From the NCBI GenBank assembly GCA_044225825.1, contig JBGAIB010000010.1:20699-84698 (forward strand): a stretch of DNA of 64,000 nucleotides, written 5' to 3'. The notes beneath the pieces were generated by a model. That model worked only from the letters and a program-made list of their open reading frames with translations. It had not been told where the DNA came from and searched no databases. The translations under genes were made by a program, and so were the position numbers. Shown here piece after piece: positions 19,346 to 28,319 of the stretch; the stretch's first letter is position 1; each line of letters begins with the position of its first letter. Source of the stretch: Chitinophagales bacterium (GTDB taxonomy: Bacteria > Bacteroidota > Bacteroidia > Chitinophagales > LD1).

Positions 19346-19960
19346 TTATATTTTACTGCAGATAGGGCAGGTGGCTTGGTTATGGCCCCTGGCCGGACAA
19401 TATTCGCGCCCTAAATAAATGATTTGCAGGTGAAGTTTGTTCCAAAGTTTTTCGGGAAACAACCTTTTGGCATCCTTTTCGGTTTGCTCCACGCTTTTAC
19501 CGTTGCTCAATTTCCAGCGATGCATAAGGCGGTGGATGTGCGTATCGACCGGGAAGGCTGGTTTATCAAAAACCTGGGTCATGATAACCGATGCAGTTTT
19601 ATGACCTACGCCGGGTAGTTCTTCAAGCGCTTCGAAGGTGTCGGGCACTTGGCCCTTATGTTTTTCAATTAATATTTCGGAAAGGCGATGAATAGCTTTT
19701 GATTTTGCCGGTGCAAGGCCACAGGGTCGTATAATATCCTCTATGTCCTTTACATCCAGCTTCACCATTTTTTGTGGTGTATCGGCCCGTTCAAATAAAA
19801 AGGGGGTAGTAAGGTTTACCCGTTTATCGGTACACTGGGCGGAAAGTAATACCGAAATAAGCATGGTGTAGGCATCCTTATGGTCCAGCGGAATTTGCGG
19901 ATTGGGGTAAAGGCGGTTCAGCGTTTTGATGATAAATTCAACGCGCTCACTTTTAGTCAT
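19346..19960 (-). CDS. nth: Endonuclease III (DNA glycosylase/AP lyase)
   Basis: HhH-GPD (LPGVGHKTASVI) and the C-terminal 4Fe-4S cluster loop C-x6-C-x2-C-x5-C. The ATG at 19960 is preferred over the track's TTG start at 19978. Confidence 0.9.
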   Translation of the reverse strand: MTKSERVEFIIKTLNRLYPNPQIPLDHKDAYTMLISVLLSAQCTDKRVNLTTPFLFERADTPQKMVKLDVKDIEDIIRPCGLAPAKSKAIHRLSEILIEKHKGQVPDTFEALEELPGVGHKTASVIMTQVFDKPAFPVDTHIHRLMHRWKLSNGKSVEQTEKDAKRLFPEKLWNKLHLQIIYLGREYCPARGHNQATCPICSKI

Positions 19961-20009
19961 ACCCCGCAAAGATAGCAAGCTATGGCCAACCTATGGTGCG
20001 GGCCGGTTG

Positions 20010-21536
20010 CTAAAACAAGCAATCGCCGGTCATTTCCATCGGTGCTTCGATACCCATCAGTTCTAACACGGTAGGCGCAATATCGGCCAGTTTGCCGTTA
20101 TTGAGCGAAGGCATATACTCTTTATCTACCAGAAAGAAGGGAACTGGATTTTTGGTGTGTGCTGTGTTGGGGCTACCATCCTCATTAATCATATAGTCGG
20201 CGTTGCCGTGGTCGGCAGTAATTAAAAACGTATAGCCATTCGCCAAACCGGTTTCTACTAAACGCTTAACACAGGCATCCACTGTTTCGCAGGCTTTAAC
20301 GGCTGCTTTAAAATCGCCGGTATGGCCTACCATATCGGCATTGGCAAAGTTGATGCACACAAAATCGGGCCAGTGTGCCTCCAGTTCAGCCACCATTTTA
20401 TCGGTTAATTCGTAAGCGCTCATTTCGGGCTGCAAATCGTACGTGGCTACTTTAGGCGATGGCACCATAATTCGCTTTTCGCCTTCAAATTCTTTTTCTC
20501 GGCCGCCGCTAAAGAAAAATGTTACATGCGGGTACTTTTCGGTTTCGGCCATGCGGAGCTGCTTCAGTTTGTGCTGTTCAAGCACTTCGCCAAGGGTGTT
20601 GACCACCGTATCGTTATCAAAAATTACCTGCACATCTTTATAGGTAGCATCGTAATTGGTCATGGTTACGTAATGCAGGTTTAAGGTGTGCATGCCGTAA
20701 TCGGGCATTGTCTGTTGCGTAAGCACAGTCGTGATTTCGCGACAACGGTCGGTTCGGAAATTGAAACAGATAACGGCATCGCCTTCCATTATTTTTGCAT
20801 AAGGCATGCCCTGTGCATCGGTACGCACAACAGGCTTTATGAACTCGTCGGTTACCCCTTCGGCATAACTGTTTTCTACCGCCTTAATTACGTCTGTTGT
20901 TTGCAAGCCGTCGCCATTGGTAAGCATGTCGTAGGCCAGTTTTACACGCTCCCAGCGCTTATCGCGGTCCATGGCATAATAACGGCCGCAAACCGTAGCA
21001 ATATGACCGGTGGAGTTTTGTAAGTGATTGTCTAATTCTTTCAGAAACCCTAAACCACTTTTAGGGTCGCAATCGCGGCCATCGGTAAAGGCGTGTACAA
21101 AAACCTGATCCTTGCTCAGGCCATATTCGCCTGCATAATCGCAAAGGGCTTTTACATGGTCGATGTGCGAATGCACCCCTCCATTACTAACCAGGCCCAT
21201 GAGGTGCAGGGGCTTTTTATTTTTAAGGCAGTAGTCGAAAGCTTCCTTCAGTGTTTTGTTGGCTTTTAACTCGCCATTCTGGATGGCAACATTAACGCGG
21301 AGCAGTTCCTGATAAACGATGCGACCGGCCCCGATATTCAGGTGACCCACTTCGCTATTGCCCATTTGTCCGCCCGGCAGGCCCACAAATTCGCTATGGG
21401 TTTGGAGTTCGCTATTGGGGTATTTTTCGTATAAACTGTTAATAAAAGGGGTGTTTGCCTGTGCAATTGCACTGGCTTGCGGTTTGGAGCCCTTGCCCCA
21501 GCCATCCATAATTATCAGTACCACTTTCTTGTTCAT
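20010..21536 (-). CDS. gpmI: 2,3-bisphosphoglycerate-independent phosphoglycerate mutase
   Basis: Start set at MNKKVVLIIMDGWG (the track ORF extends 46 codons upstream); iPGM metal-binding residues are conserved. Confidence 0.9.
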   Translation of the reverse strand: MNKKVVLIIMDGWGKGSKPQASAIAQANTPFINSLYEKYPNSELQTHSEFVGLPGGQMGNSEVGHLNIGAGRIVYQELLRVNVAIQNGELKANKTLKEAFDYCLKNKKPLHLMGLVSNGGVHSHIDHVKALCDYAGEYGLSKDQVFVHAFTDGRDCDPKSGLGFLKELDNHLQNSTGHIATVCGRYYAMDRDKRWERVKLAYDMLTNGDGLQTTDVIKAVENSYAEGVTDEFIKPVVRTDAQGMPYAKIMEGDAVICFNFRTDRCREITTVLTQQTMPDYGMHTLNLHYVTMTNYDATYKDVQVIFDNDTVVNTLGEVLEQHKLKQLRMAETEKYPHVTFFFSGGREKEFEGEKRIMVPSPKVATYDLQPEMSAYELTDKMVAELEAHWPDFVCINFANADMVGHTGDFKAAVKACETVDACVKRLVETGLANGYTFLITADHGNADYMINEDGSPNTAHTKNPVPFFLVDKEYMPSLNNGKLADIAPTVLELMGIEAPMEMTGDCLF

Positions 21537-21585
21537 AGCGCAAATGTATTGCACTTTCTTATTTTTGAGCGTACCCGAACGAGAT

Positions 21586-22794
21586 ATGAGGATTTTAGCA
21601 CTTGTAATTTTATTGTTCACTTGCGGAACAATACAGGCCCAGATGGACACTGTGCGCCTGCTTTTTTCTACCAATAAGTATGAATTAACCTCTGATCATA
21701 AAAGAGAGATTGATTCGCTTTTGGCTAAAAAAAGCCAGTTAACCCGGTTGAAAATTGCCGGGCATACCGATAATGTTGGCCGCGAAAGCTACAATCAGCA
21801 ACTTTCGGGCAAACGGGCGTCGTCGGTTTATGACTATTTGCGGAAAAACGGTGTGGATACGGCTATGTTGTTTGTGAAGTTTTATGGCAGCAGCGATCCG
21901 CGCGTGCCCAACAGCAATTCGGAGAACCAGGCCAAGAACAGAAGGGTAGATATAGTAGCTGCCTGGATTGATACCGGATCGATAGGCACCCCGCAAGCTC
22001 CTCCACCACCGAAGGAGTACCATGTTACATTTACCAATGGTGTACATGTTAGTTTTGTAGAGGGCAGTTTCGACAAGAGTAAGGAAGCTGCGATTGTAGC
22101 CAGTGATGCAAGCCAACTGGGAGGAGAGCCGCCTGTTACCATTATTAATAACACCGTACAAATGCGCACGGCCAATATGCTTACCAGCACCGTAACCGGC
22201 GAACCACTTGTATGTAGGTTGGTAGCCTGTTTTAATGGCTTAAGCGGAGCTACCCAGCCTGTTGAGATATGGATTCCGGTAAGTGGCCCAACTGCCTGTG
22301 CCGCCGAAAAGTTTTTGATGTGGGAGCAAAGTGTTGGTGATGACGGTAAAACACGTTGGAAACAATTAGCGAAAACAGTGGTGGTAAAAACCGTAAACGG
22401 CAAGCAATACTTTGTGTTGCCCGACGTACCCACGAATGGCTGCATTAACTGGGATTTAAAACTGAGCGACTATTGCGAGGAGGTGGATTCGTTTAACCTG
22501 GAAGTGCGCAAGAACGCCAAGAATAGCAAGTTGTTTACCAAAGTATCTTTCCGTAAAGTTGAATTGGAAGACAGTGTTGCTAATATATTGTACGAACCAA
22601 TACCGGAAGGCAGCCGTTGTGGTATTAAGGTTGTAAAACGCACGGAAACCTCGGTGCGCCTAACGGCCCGCCTGTTGGATACCAAAAACCGCGCTTACCG
22701 TTTTAATGCCTTGCCTTTAACTGCGTTTCAATTTGATAAGGAGCGCAAGACTTACTTTTTAACCAAAAAGACACTGAAAGCCTACAGAAAGTAG
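21586..22794 (+). CDS. OmpA-family protein (N-terminal OmpA-like peptidoglycan-binding domain)
   Basis: Start at MRILALVILLFTCGTIQAQ; OmpA_C-like motif …LKIAGHTDNVGRESYNQQLSGKRASSVYDYL…NRRVDI. Confidence 0.75.
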   Translation: MRILALVILLFTCGTIQAQMDTVRLLFSTNKYELTSDHKREIDSLLAKKSQLTRLKIAGHTDNVGRESYNQQLSGKRASSVYDYLRKNGVDTAMLFVKFYGSSDPRVPNSNSENQAKNRRVDIVAAWIDTGSIGTPQAPPPPKEYHVTFTNGVHVSFVEGSFDKSKEAAIVASDASQLGGEPPVTIINNTVQMRTANMLTSTVTGEPLVCRLVACFNGLSGATQPVEIWIPVSGPTACAAEKFLMWEQSVGDDGKTRWKQLAKTVVVKTVNGKQYFVLPDVPTNGCINWDLKLSDYCEEVDSFNLEVRKNAKNSKLFTKVSFRKVELEDSVANILYEPIPEGSRCGIKVVKRTETSVRLTARLLDTKNRAYRFNALPLTAFQFDKERKTYFLTKKTLKAYRK

Positions 22795-22993
22795 GAGTGT
22801 AGTGCATTTGTGGGGGCAAATCCTTCTATTTCAGATTATTACCTGTGTACGGCCCCGTGGGCTACGTGCTTATGTGCATTTAATTGTGGAAAGTTTTAAT
22901 GCCCAAATGCCATCTTTTACTGCCTATATTCGTTGAATTAGCAGACAGCGTTTTATTGGCACGGATTTCGAATAGGAAACCCCAGGAGACAAA

Positions 22994-23395
22994 ATGAAAA
23001 ACAAAACCACCATTGCAGTTATTGCATTCTTATTGCTTAGTTCCATTTTTGTGCAGGCGAACCCTACACAAAGTTTTGACGGCATTACCGGTGCTATTCG
23101 CAGTGGGAATGCTTCGGCCCTGGCTGCTAATTTTCAGGGTAATGTGGAGGTGACTATTAAAGATGCCAGCGGCAGTTACAGTAAAACGCAAGCCGAGGTG
23201 GTGTTAAAGAATTTCTTTGCCCAACATGCACCTAAATCTTTCGCCATTGCCCACGAGGGTACATCGCCGGAAGGTTCTAACAAGTATATCATCGGTAACC
23301 TTACTACCGCAGCCGGTAATTACCGGGTATATGTGTATGCCAAAATAACCGGTGGTAGCCTGGCTATACAGGAAATACGTTTCGAAGAGCAATAA
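22994..23395 (+). CDS. Small secreted protein of a DUF4783-like type (hypothetical)
   Basis: Signal peptide; 133 aa. Confidence 0.55.
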   Translation: MKNKTTIAVIAFLLLSSIFVQANPTQSFDGITGAIRSGNASALAANFQGNVEVTIKDASGSYSKTQAEVVLKNFFAQHAPKSFAIAHEGTSPEGSNKYIIGNLTTAAGNYRVYVYAKITGGSLAIQEIRFEEQ

Positions 23396-23404
23396 GCCCA
23401 ACGC

Positions 23405-24535
23405 TTATCCAAAGATTTGTTTAGCTATAATTTCAGCATTATGGCGGTTGCCAAAGTTGGCTTCCAGTAAATGCCTGCGGCGTTCGATGTCTTTTTCCGT
23501 AAAGGGCATTTGCATTAAATCACCGATAATACGTTTGAGCGCGTTGGGGTTATCTTCTACCACACACAGGTTTTCGAGACCGGTATAGTTTACCATTTTA
23601 CCATTTACTACTACATGACGGCCACGGTAAAGGGAATTGAGCAGTTTTAATTTGATACCCGTGCTTTGGAACGTAAGCAGCAGGTTAATGTGCGCTTCGC
23701 TCATCAGCTCGCTCATTTTTTCGAATGGCGGGTTTTCAATCAGCTCAATGTTCTTGATGTTTTTGATTTCCTTCTTTAAGGCTGCGGTAGGATTTTTACC
23801 GGCAAAAATGAACTTGTAAGGCGAGCCTTCGGCTATTTTTTTGGCAATAAACATGGCAGCCTGGTTGTTTTCGACTACGCTTAAATTGCCATGATAAAGT
23901 ATGAATTTGCCGGTGCCCGGTGTGCTGGTTACTTCCTGATTACTATGAAAAGCGCTCACGTAGCTGATGCTTTCGTAGCTTTGGCGCAGGTATTCGTAAT
24001 CGCTTTTGCTGATGGCAAAAATGCGGTCGGCGCTCTTTAACTCATCCTCAAACTTCTTCAACTTCTTTGATTCGAGATTGAAGTAGAATTTGATGAGGTA
24101 GTTACTCTCGCTCTCCTTTAAACTGCGGTAATAATCCCATTCCACATTGTGCATGCGCACTGCCTTCAGTTTATCCTTCAGGGCAGGGTGATTCAGGTAA
24201 AAGCAGGTATGCAAACCCTCGAACAATACCGGGCTGTTATCTGCCACCAGATTGGTCAACATTTCATCGCTTTGGCGCGAGCCCACGATATAAGGCAGGC
24301 TGCTGTAGATGGCCTGGTAAAACTTTTTGCGGGGGTAGTAATAGACCTTTTCGCACAGGTTATCCAGTACTTCGCTCTTTTCGCGGCCATAGTGGAAACA
24401 ATGCAGGTGCACCTTGATGCCGAGATCGGTAAGGGCTTTGATTTTATAAAACACATCAATTACACCACCGTAGTCCGGGGGATAGGGCACATTGAAGGAT
24501 ACTATATGTAATCGTTTACCCGAGTAGTTGTTCAT
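23405..24535 (-). CDS. Glycosyltransferase family 4
   Basis: GT-B fold; C-terminal E-x7-E-like region. Confidence 0.75.
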   Translation of the reverse strand: MNNYSGKRLHIVSFNVPYPPDYGGVIDVFYKIKALTDLGIKVHLHCFHYGREKSEVLDNLCEKVYYYPRKKFYQAIYSSLPYIVGSRQSDEMLTNLVADNSPVLFEGLHTCFYLNHPALKDKLKAVRMHNVEWDYYRSLKESESNYLIKFYFNLESKKLKKFEDELKSADRIFAISKSDYEYLRQSYESISYVSAFHSNQEVTSTPGTGKFILYHGNLSVVENNQAAMFIAKKIAEGSPYKFIFAGKNPTAALKKEIKNIKNIELIENPPFEKMSELMSEAHINLLLTFQSTGIKLKLLNSLYRGRHVVVNGKMVNYTGLENLCVVEDNPNALKRIIGDLMQMPFTEKDIERRRHLLEANFGNRHNAEIIAKQIFG

Positions 24536-25616
24536 AATATGCCCGCAGTTTCACTTCTTCCTGTTCCCAGCAAAATACCAGCCTGCCCTGCTTGCAGTTT
24601 TGTTGCAAATGTGCGTAAAATGTATGGTCGCTCAAAAGACGGTTGAGTCCTTTTTTTATTTCATCTACTGCACAACTTTCTACCAGCAGGGCCATGGGAT
24701 ATTGGCTGTTGATGGCGGCGTATTCGGGGAAGTTGATACACAGTTGGGGGATACCGGCCTGCATGTAATCGAAAAATTTGTTGGAGAGAGAATAATAATA
24801 GCTCAGCCCTTTGTTCTCGAGCAGATTTACGCCAACGGTAGCGTTGGCAGTTAGTTCTTTTAGATTGGACGGGGACACATAGCCCGAAAAATGCACCTTA
24901 CCCTGCAAACCCTCCAGCTTCACCTGTTCGCGCAACTGTTGCGAAAGGTCGCCTTCGCCGGCTAACAGAAGTGTTGCGTTGATGCCGTGCATGGCTGTTA
25001 TCAGGTGTTCTAATCCCCGGCCTTCATTTAACGCCCCCTGGTAGAGAATAATGGCATCAGCACCCCGTGTTTGTGGCCTGGGCTGGCTACTAACAGGCAC
25101 ATTGCGTATAACCCCTGCCTGTATGCCATATTGTTTCGTGAAGATATCCGCTATACCTTGCGACACCGTGTAAACCAGATTGAATCGCGGGAGAAACGTG
25201 CGTTCCACCCATTGCCATATTTTTTGCACCTGCGGACGGCGCACTACTTCGGGCACTTCGGTAAACAACTCGTGTGCATCGTACGCCAGTTTGGCACCTT
25301 TTAATTTACCCGCATAATAGGCGGGAACTATGGTATCCAGATCAACGGCGCAAACTGCATTAAAGCGTCGGCTTAGTAAATACAAAAACAGCCGCAGGTT
25401 ATATTCCACATAAAATAATTTGCCGGCAGTGAACCAACAGTTCAGGCGTGTTTGCTTATACGGCTCTTGTTGCAAGGGAACTGACGTTTTGAGTTTGCGC
25501 CCTACCAATTCTACTGAATAACCTGCCCGGCTAAGACTTCGGCAAATGCGTTGCATGCGCTGATCGTAGCTTAAATCGTTGGTTACTGTAAAAATCAAGT
25601 GATTTACTTTTTCCAC
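24516..25616 (-). CDS. Glycosyltransferase family 4 (group 1)
   Basis: GT4 C-terminal domain; overlaps the downstream GT gene by 20 bp and the upstream recQ by 13 bp. Confidence 0.75.
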   Translation of the reverse strand: MEKVNHLIFTVTNDLSYDQRMQRICRSLSRAGYSVELVGRKLKTSVPLQQEPYKQTRLNCWFTAGKLFYVEYNLRLFLYLLSRRFNAVCAVDLDTIVPAYYAGKLKGAKLAYDAHELFTEVPEVVRRPQVQKIWQWVERTFLPRFNLVYTVSQGIADIFTKQYGIQAGVIRNVPVSSQPRPQTRGADAIILYQGALNEGRGLEHLITAMHGINATLLLAGEGDLSQQLREQVKLEGLQGKVHFSGYVSPSNLKELTANATVGVNLLENKGLSYYYSLSNKFFDYMQAGIPQLCINFPEYAAINSQYPMALLVESCAVDEIKKGLNRLLSDHTFYAHLQQNCKQGRLVFCWEQEEVKLRAYYEQLLG

Positions 25617-27517
25617 GTCAACTTTCCTTCGGGGGTTCGTTCAATTTTACCGGCGTTTAGCAGTTGTTCCAATACAGGCCAAAGCACTTCTTTGGTTTGG
25701 CCTGTTTGGTTAACCAGGTCAGCAGTGCTTAAATCGGCGGTTCTTAATTTGCTTTCCACCAGTTCGGCAATGTTAGCCATTTCAGAAGTGTTGGGTGCTT
25801 TATTTTTCCGTTCCACGCACACATCGCAAATGCCGCAATCCTGATCCAGTATTTCGCCAAAGTATTTCACCAGTTTGCGGGTTCGGCAATGGAGATTATC
25901 GGTCAGGTAGTCGCGCATGGTTTTCAGGCGTTCCTCATAGGCTGTTTTGCGACGATTGATAAACGCATTATCCAACCGTAAATTGTCGAAACTAACACGT
26001 GGTTTCATCCAAAATAGCTGTGGTTTATCCTTACGGGGGCGGTAGGCTACTATGCCCTGTTTATCCAGTATGTTTAGTTGCTTAACTGTTTCATCAACCG
26101 GTATTTTTAGGCGGCGGGCGATGGCATCTTCTTCTACCGTTACGTAATCATCGAATACCCCTTCGGAGGTTCGCAATATGAATTTTACCAGCGGTTCCAG
26201 CCGCACATTCTCTACCTGAAATTTGTAGAGCACATCCTTTGTGCAAATTACTTTTACCTGCGATTTCTCGAATATGCCTTCTGCCAGCATTAGCCATTCC
26301 TGCTGTTCCAGCAATTTTAGCGCAACCAGTGTTTTTACCGGGTTCAGCTTATGTTTCTCGCAAAAGTCACGTATGTCGAAATCATAGACTTTAGGCCCTT
26401 CGTCTGTAACGCCGTCGTTATAAGCGATGCGCAGATAGCCGCCCAGTTTATCGTATACTTCGCGCACGAGTTCTACGGTAGGGAAACCTTCCTTTATCTT
26501 TTCATCAAGTTCGGCTAGATCGGCATTTTCGAGCAATTGCACCGCATACGCTTTTTGCTCGTCGCGTCCGGCACGACCTGCTTCCTGAAAGTAGGCCTCC
26601 AAACTATCAGCTACATCCATATGCGCTACCACGCGGACTTCGGGTTTATCGATACCCATTCCAAAGGCGTTTGTGCAAACTATAACCCGGGTTTTATTGG
26701 TCATCCATTCGTTTTGCTTGCGATTGCGTTGATCGGGCGGTAAACCGGCATGATAGTAGTCGGCTTTAATGCGCTGCTTGTTTAGCGCGTCGGCAATTTC
26801 TTTAGTGCGCCTGCGGTTGCGTACATATACGATCGCCGTTCCATTTACCTTTTGCAAAATATCAACCAGGGATTTCAGGCGGTTAATGGTAGGCCTTACA
26901 ACATAGCTCAGGTTTTTGCGTGCAAAGCTTTTTTTGAAAACCTGTCCGTTTTTAAACAGGAGTTTTTGCTGAATATCTTCTACTACTTCGGGTGTGGCAG
27001 TGGCCGTGAGTGCAATAACCGGCACTTTTAGTTGTTCGCGAACTTCAGCAATACGCAAATAGGAAGGCCGGAAATCGTAGCCCCATTGCGAAATGCAGTG
27101 TGCTTCATCAATGGCCAGCATTCGGATATTCATCTTTGCCAGGCGCATTCGGAATGCATCGCTGCTCAATCGCTCAGGTGATATATACAGGAACTTGTAG
27201 TTGCCGAATACGCAGTTATCGAGCAAGCGATCCATCTCGCGATAGGTTTGGCCGGTGTAGATAGCGGCTGCTTTTATGCCCCGCTTCTCGAGGTTAGCAA
27301 CCTGATCTTTCATTAAAGCTATTAGCGGAGATATAACTAAACAAAGACCGTCCTGCGCCAGTGCTGGCACCTGAAAGCAAATGCTTTTTCCACCACCTGT
27401 AGGCAATAAGGCTAAGGTATCGCGGCCGGCGAGTATGGATTGGACAATATCTTCCTGCAATGGACGAAATTGTTCGAACCCCCAATATTGTTTTAGTATT
27501 TCGCGTGGCGAGGCCAT
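25604..27517 (-). CDS. recQ: ATP-dependent DNA helicase RecQ
   Basis: Start at MASPREILKQYWGFEQFRPLQ; Walker A PTGGGKS, DEAH box, RQC zinc-binding cysteines and an HRDC-like C-terminus. Confidence 0.9.
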   Translation of the reverse strand: MASPREILKQYWGFEQFRPLQEDIVQSILAGRDTLALLPTGGGKSICFQVPALAQDGLCLVISPLIALMKDQVANLEKRGIKAAAIYTGQTYREMDRLLDNCVFGNYKFLYISPERLSSDAFRMRLAKMNIRMLAIDEAHCISQWGYDFRPSYLRIAEVREQLKVPVIALTATATPEVVEDIQQKLLFKNGQVFKKSFARKNLSYVVRPTINRLKSLVDILQKVNGTAIVYVRNRRRTKEIADALNKQRIKADYYHAGLPPDQRNRKQNEWMTNKTRVIVCTNAFGMGIDKPEVRVVAHMDVADSLEAYFQEAGRAGRDEQKAYAVQLLENADLAELDEKIKEGFPTVELVREVYDKLGGYLRIAYNDGVTDEGPKVYDFDIRDFCEKHKLNPVKTLVALKLLEQQEWLMLAEGIFEKSQVKVICTKDVLYKFQVENVRLEPLVKFILRTSEGVFDDYVTVEEDAIARRLKIPVDETVKQLNILDKQGIVAYRPRKDKPQLFWMKPRVSFDNLRLDNAFINRRKTAYEERLKTMRDYLTDNLHCRTRKLVKYFGEILDQDCGICDVCVERKNKAPNTSEMANIAELVESKLRTADLSTADLVNQTGQTKEVLWPVLEQLLNAGKIERTPEGKLTWKK

Positions 27518-27561
27518 GGCGACAAAATAAAGCATTTGTCGCTGAGCAATAACCCTTGAAG

Positions 27562-28161
27562 TTAATTTGTGGTTATGGAGGTAAAGGTTATCTGAATCCG
27601 TATGGAGGGTCCAATAACTGGTTTTTCAAGTGTAAAAGTGATATACGATTCGCCCACCATTTCCCTGAACTTAGCGTAATTGCCAACGCGGATGAATTTG
27701 TTTTTGGAAAGTACGATTTGTCCATAACGTAAGGCATCGGGGTCTCTACCAAAATCAAGGGTTTGAAACTCAGGGAAACAGCGATCGTGAAAGGCTTGAA
27801 CGTAATTTTGAAATTGCAGATAGGTAGAATCATCGCATTTGCGGTCGTTATTGGTTAAGCCCATCGGTTTACTACTAAAGTACATGGTCTGAATTCGAAA
27901 TTTTTTGCCGTCCAGGTTCTTGGCAGTATCCTTATCGAGCAAGATGTAGCCTTGTTCCCATTCAGAGCCACTTAGAATGTCGTTTTTTACCTCGTAGTTG
28001 AAAGTATCGCGGTTGGTATTACCTCTAAATGGGACAAAGCCTGTTTCGCCGGAAGCAAGTGCTACCTTCATGACGTAGCAGTAGTTATCGGTTTGCTGTG
28101 CATTAATACGGGTAGAAAAGGCAACAATTGTTGCCAGGAACAGAAATAGTGGGTTTCTCAT
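27562..28161 (-). CDS. Hypothetical secreted protein
   Basis: Start moved to MRNPLFLFLATIVAFSTRINAQ (ATG at 28159-28161). Confidence 0.55.
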   Translation of the reverse strand: MRNPLFLFLATIVAFSTRINAQQTDNYCYVMKVALASGETGFVPFRGNTNRDTFNYEVKNDILSGSEWEQGYILLDKDTAKNLDGKKFRIQTMYFSSKPMGLTNNDRKCDDSTYLQFQNYVQAFHDRCFPEFQTLDFGRDPDALRYGQIVLSKNKFIRVGNYAKFREMVGESYITFTLEKPVIGPSIRIQITFTSITTN

Positions 28162-28319
28162 AACAGGTGTAATATATAGATTATTCTGTGTTTTGTTAGG
28201 GTATAGATGCCGGTAACATACAAATGGCACACCAATTGCCAACAAAATTTAAAGTGCGCCGGACAGCTCAATTTCTGTTCATAATCTTCGTTACTTTTGA
28301 CCGTTTATAAATAAGATAT

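Noticed and set aside
21358-21585. N-terminal 76 codons of track ORF 21358-22794
   Set aside because: They overlap the gpmI 5' region on the opposite strand and lack a signal peptide; the OmpA-family gene starts at the internal ATG at 21586 with a proper signal peptide
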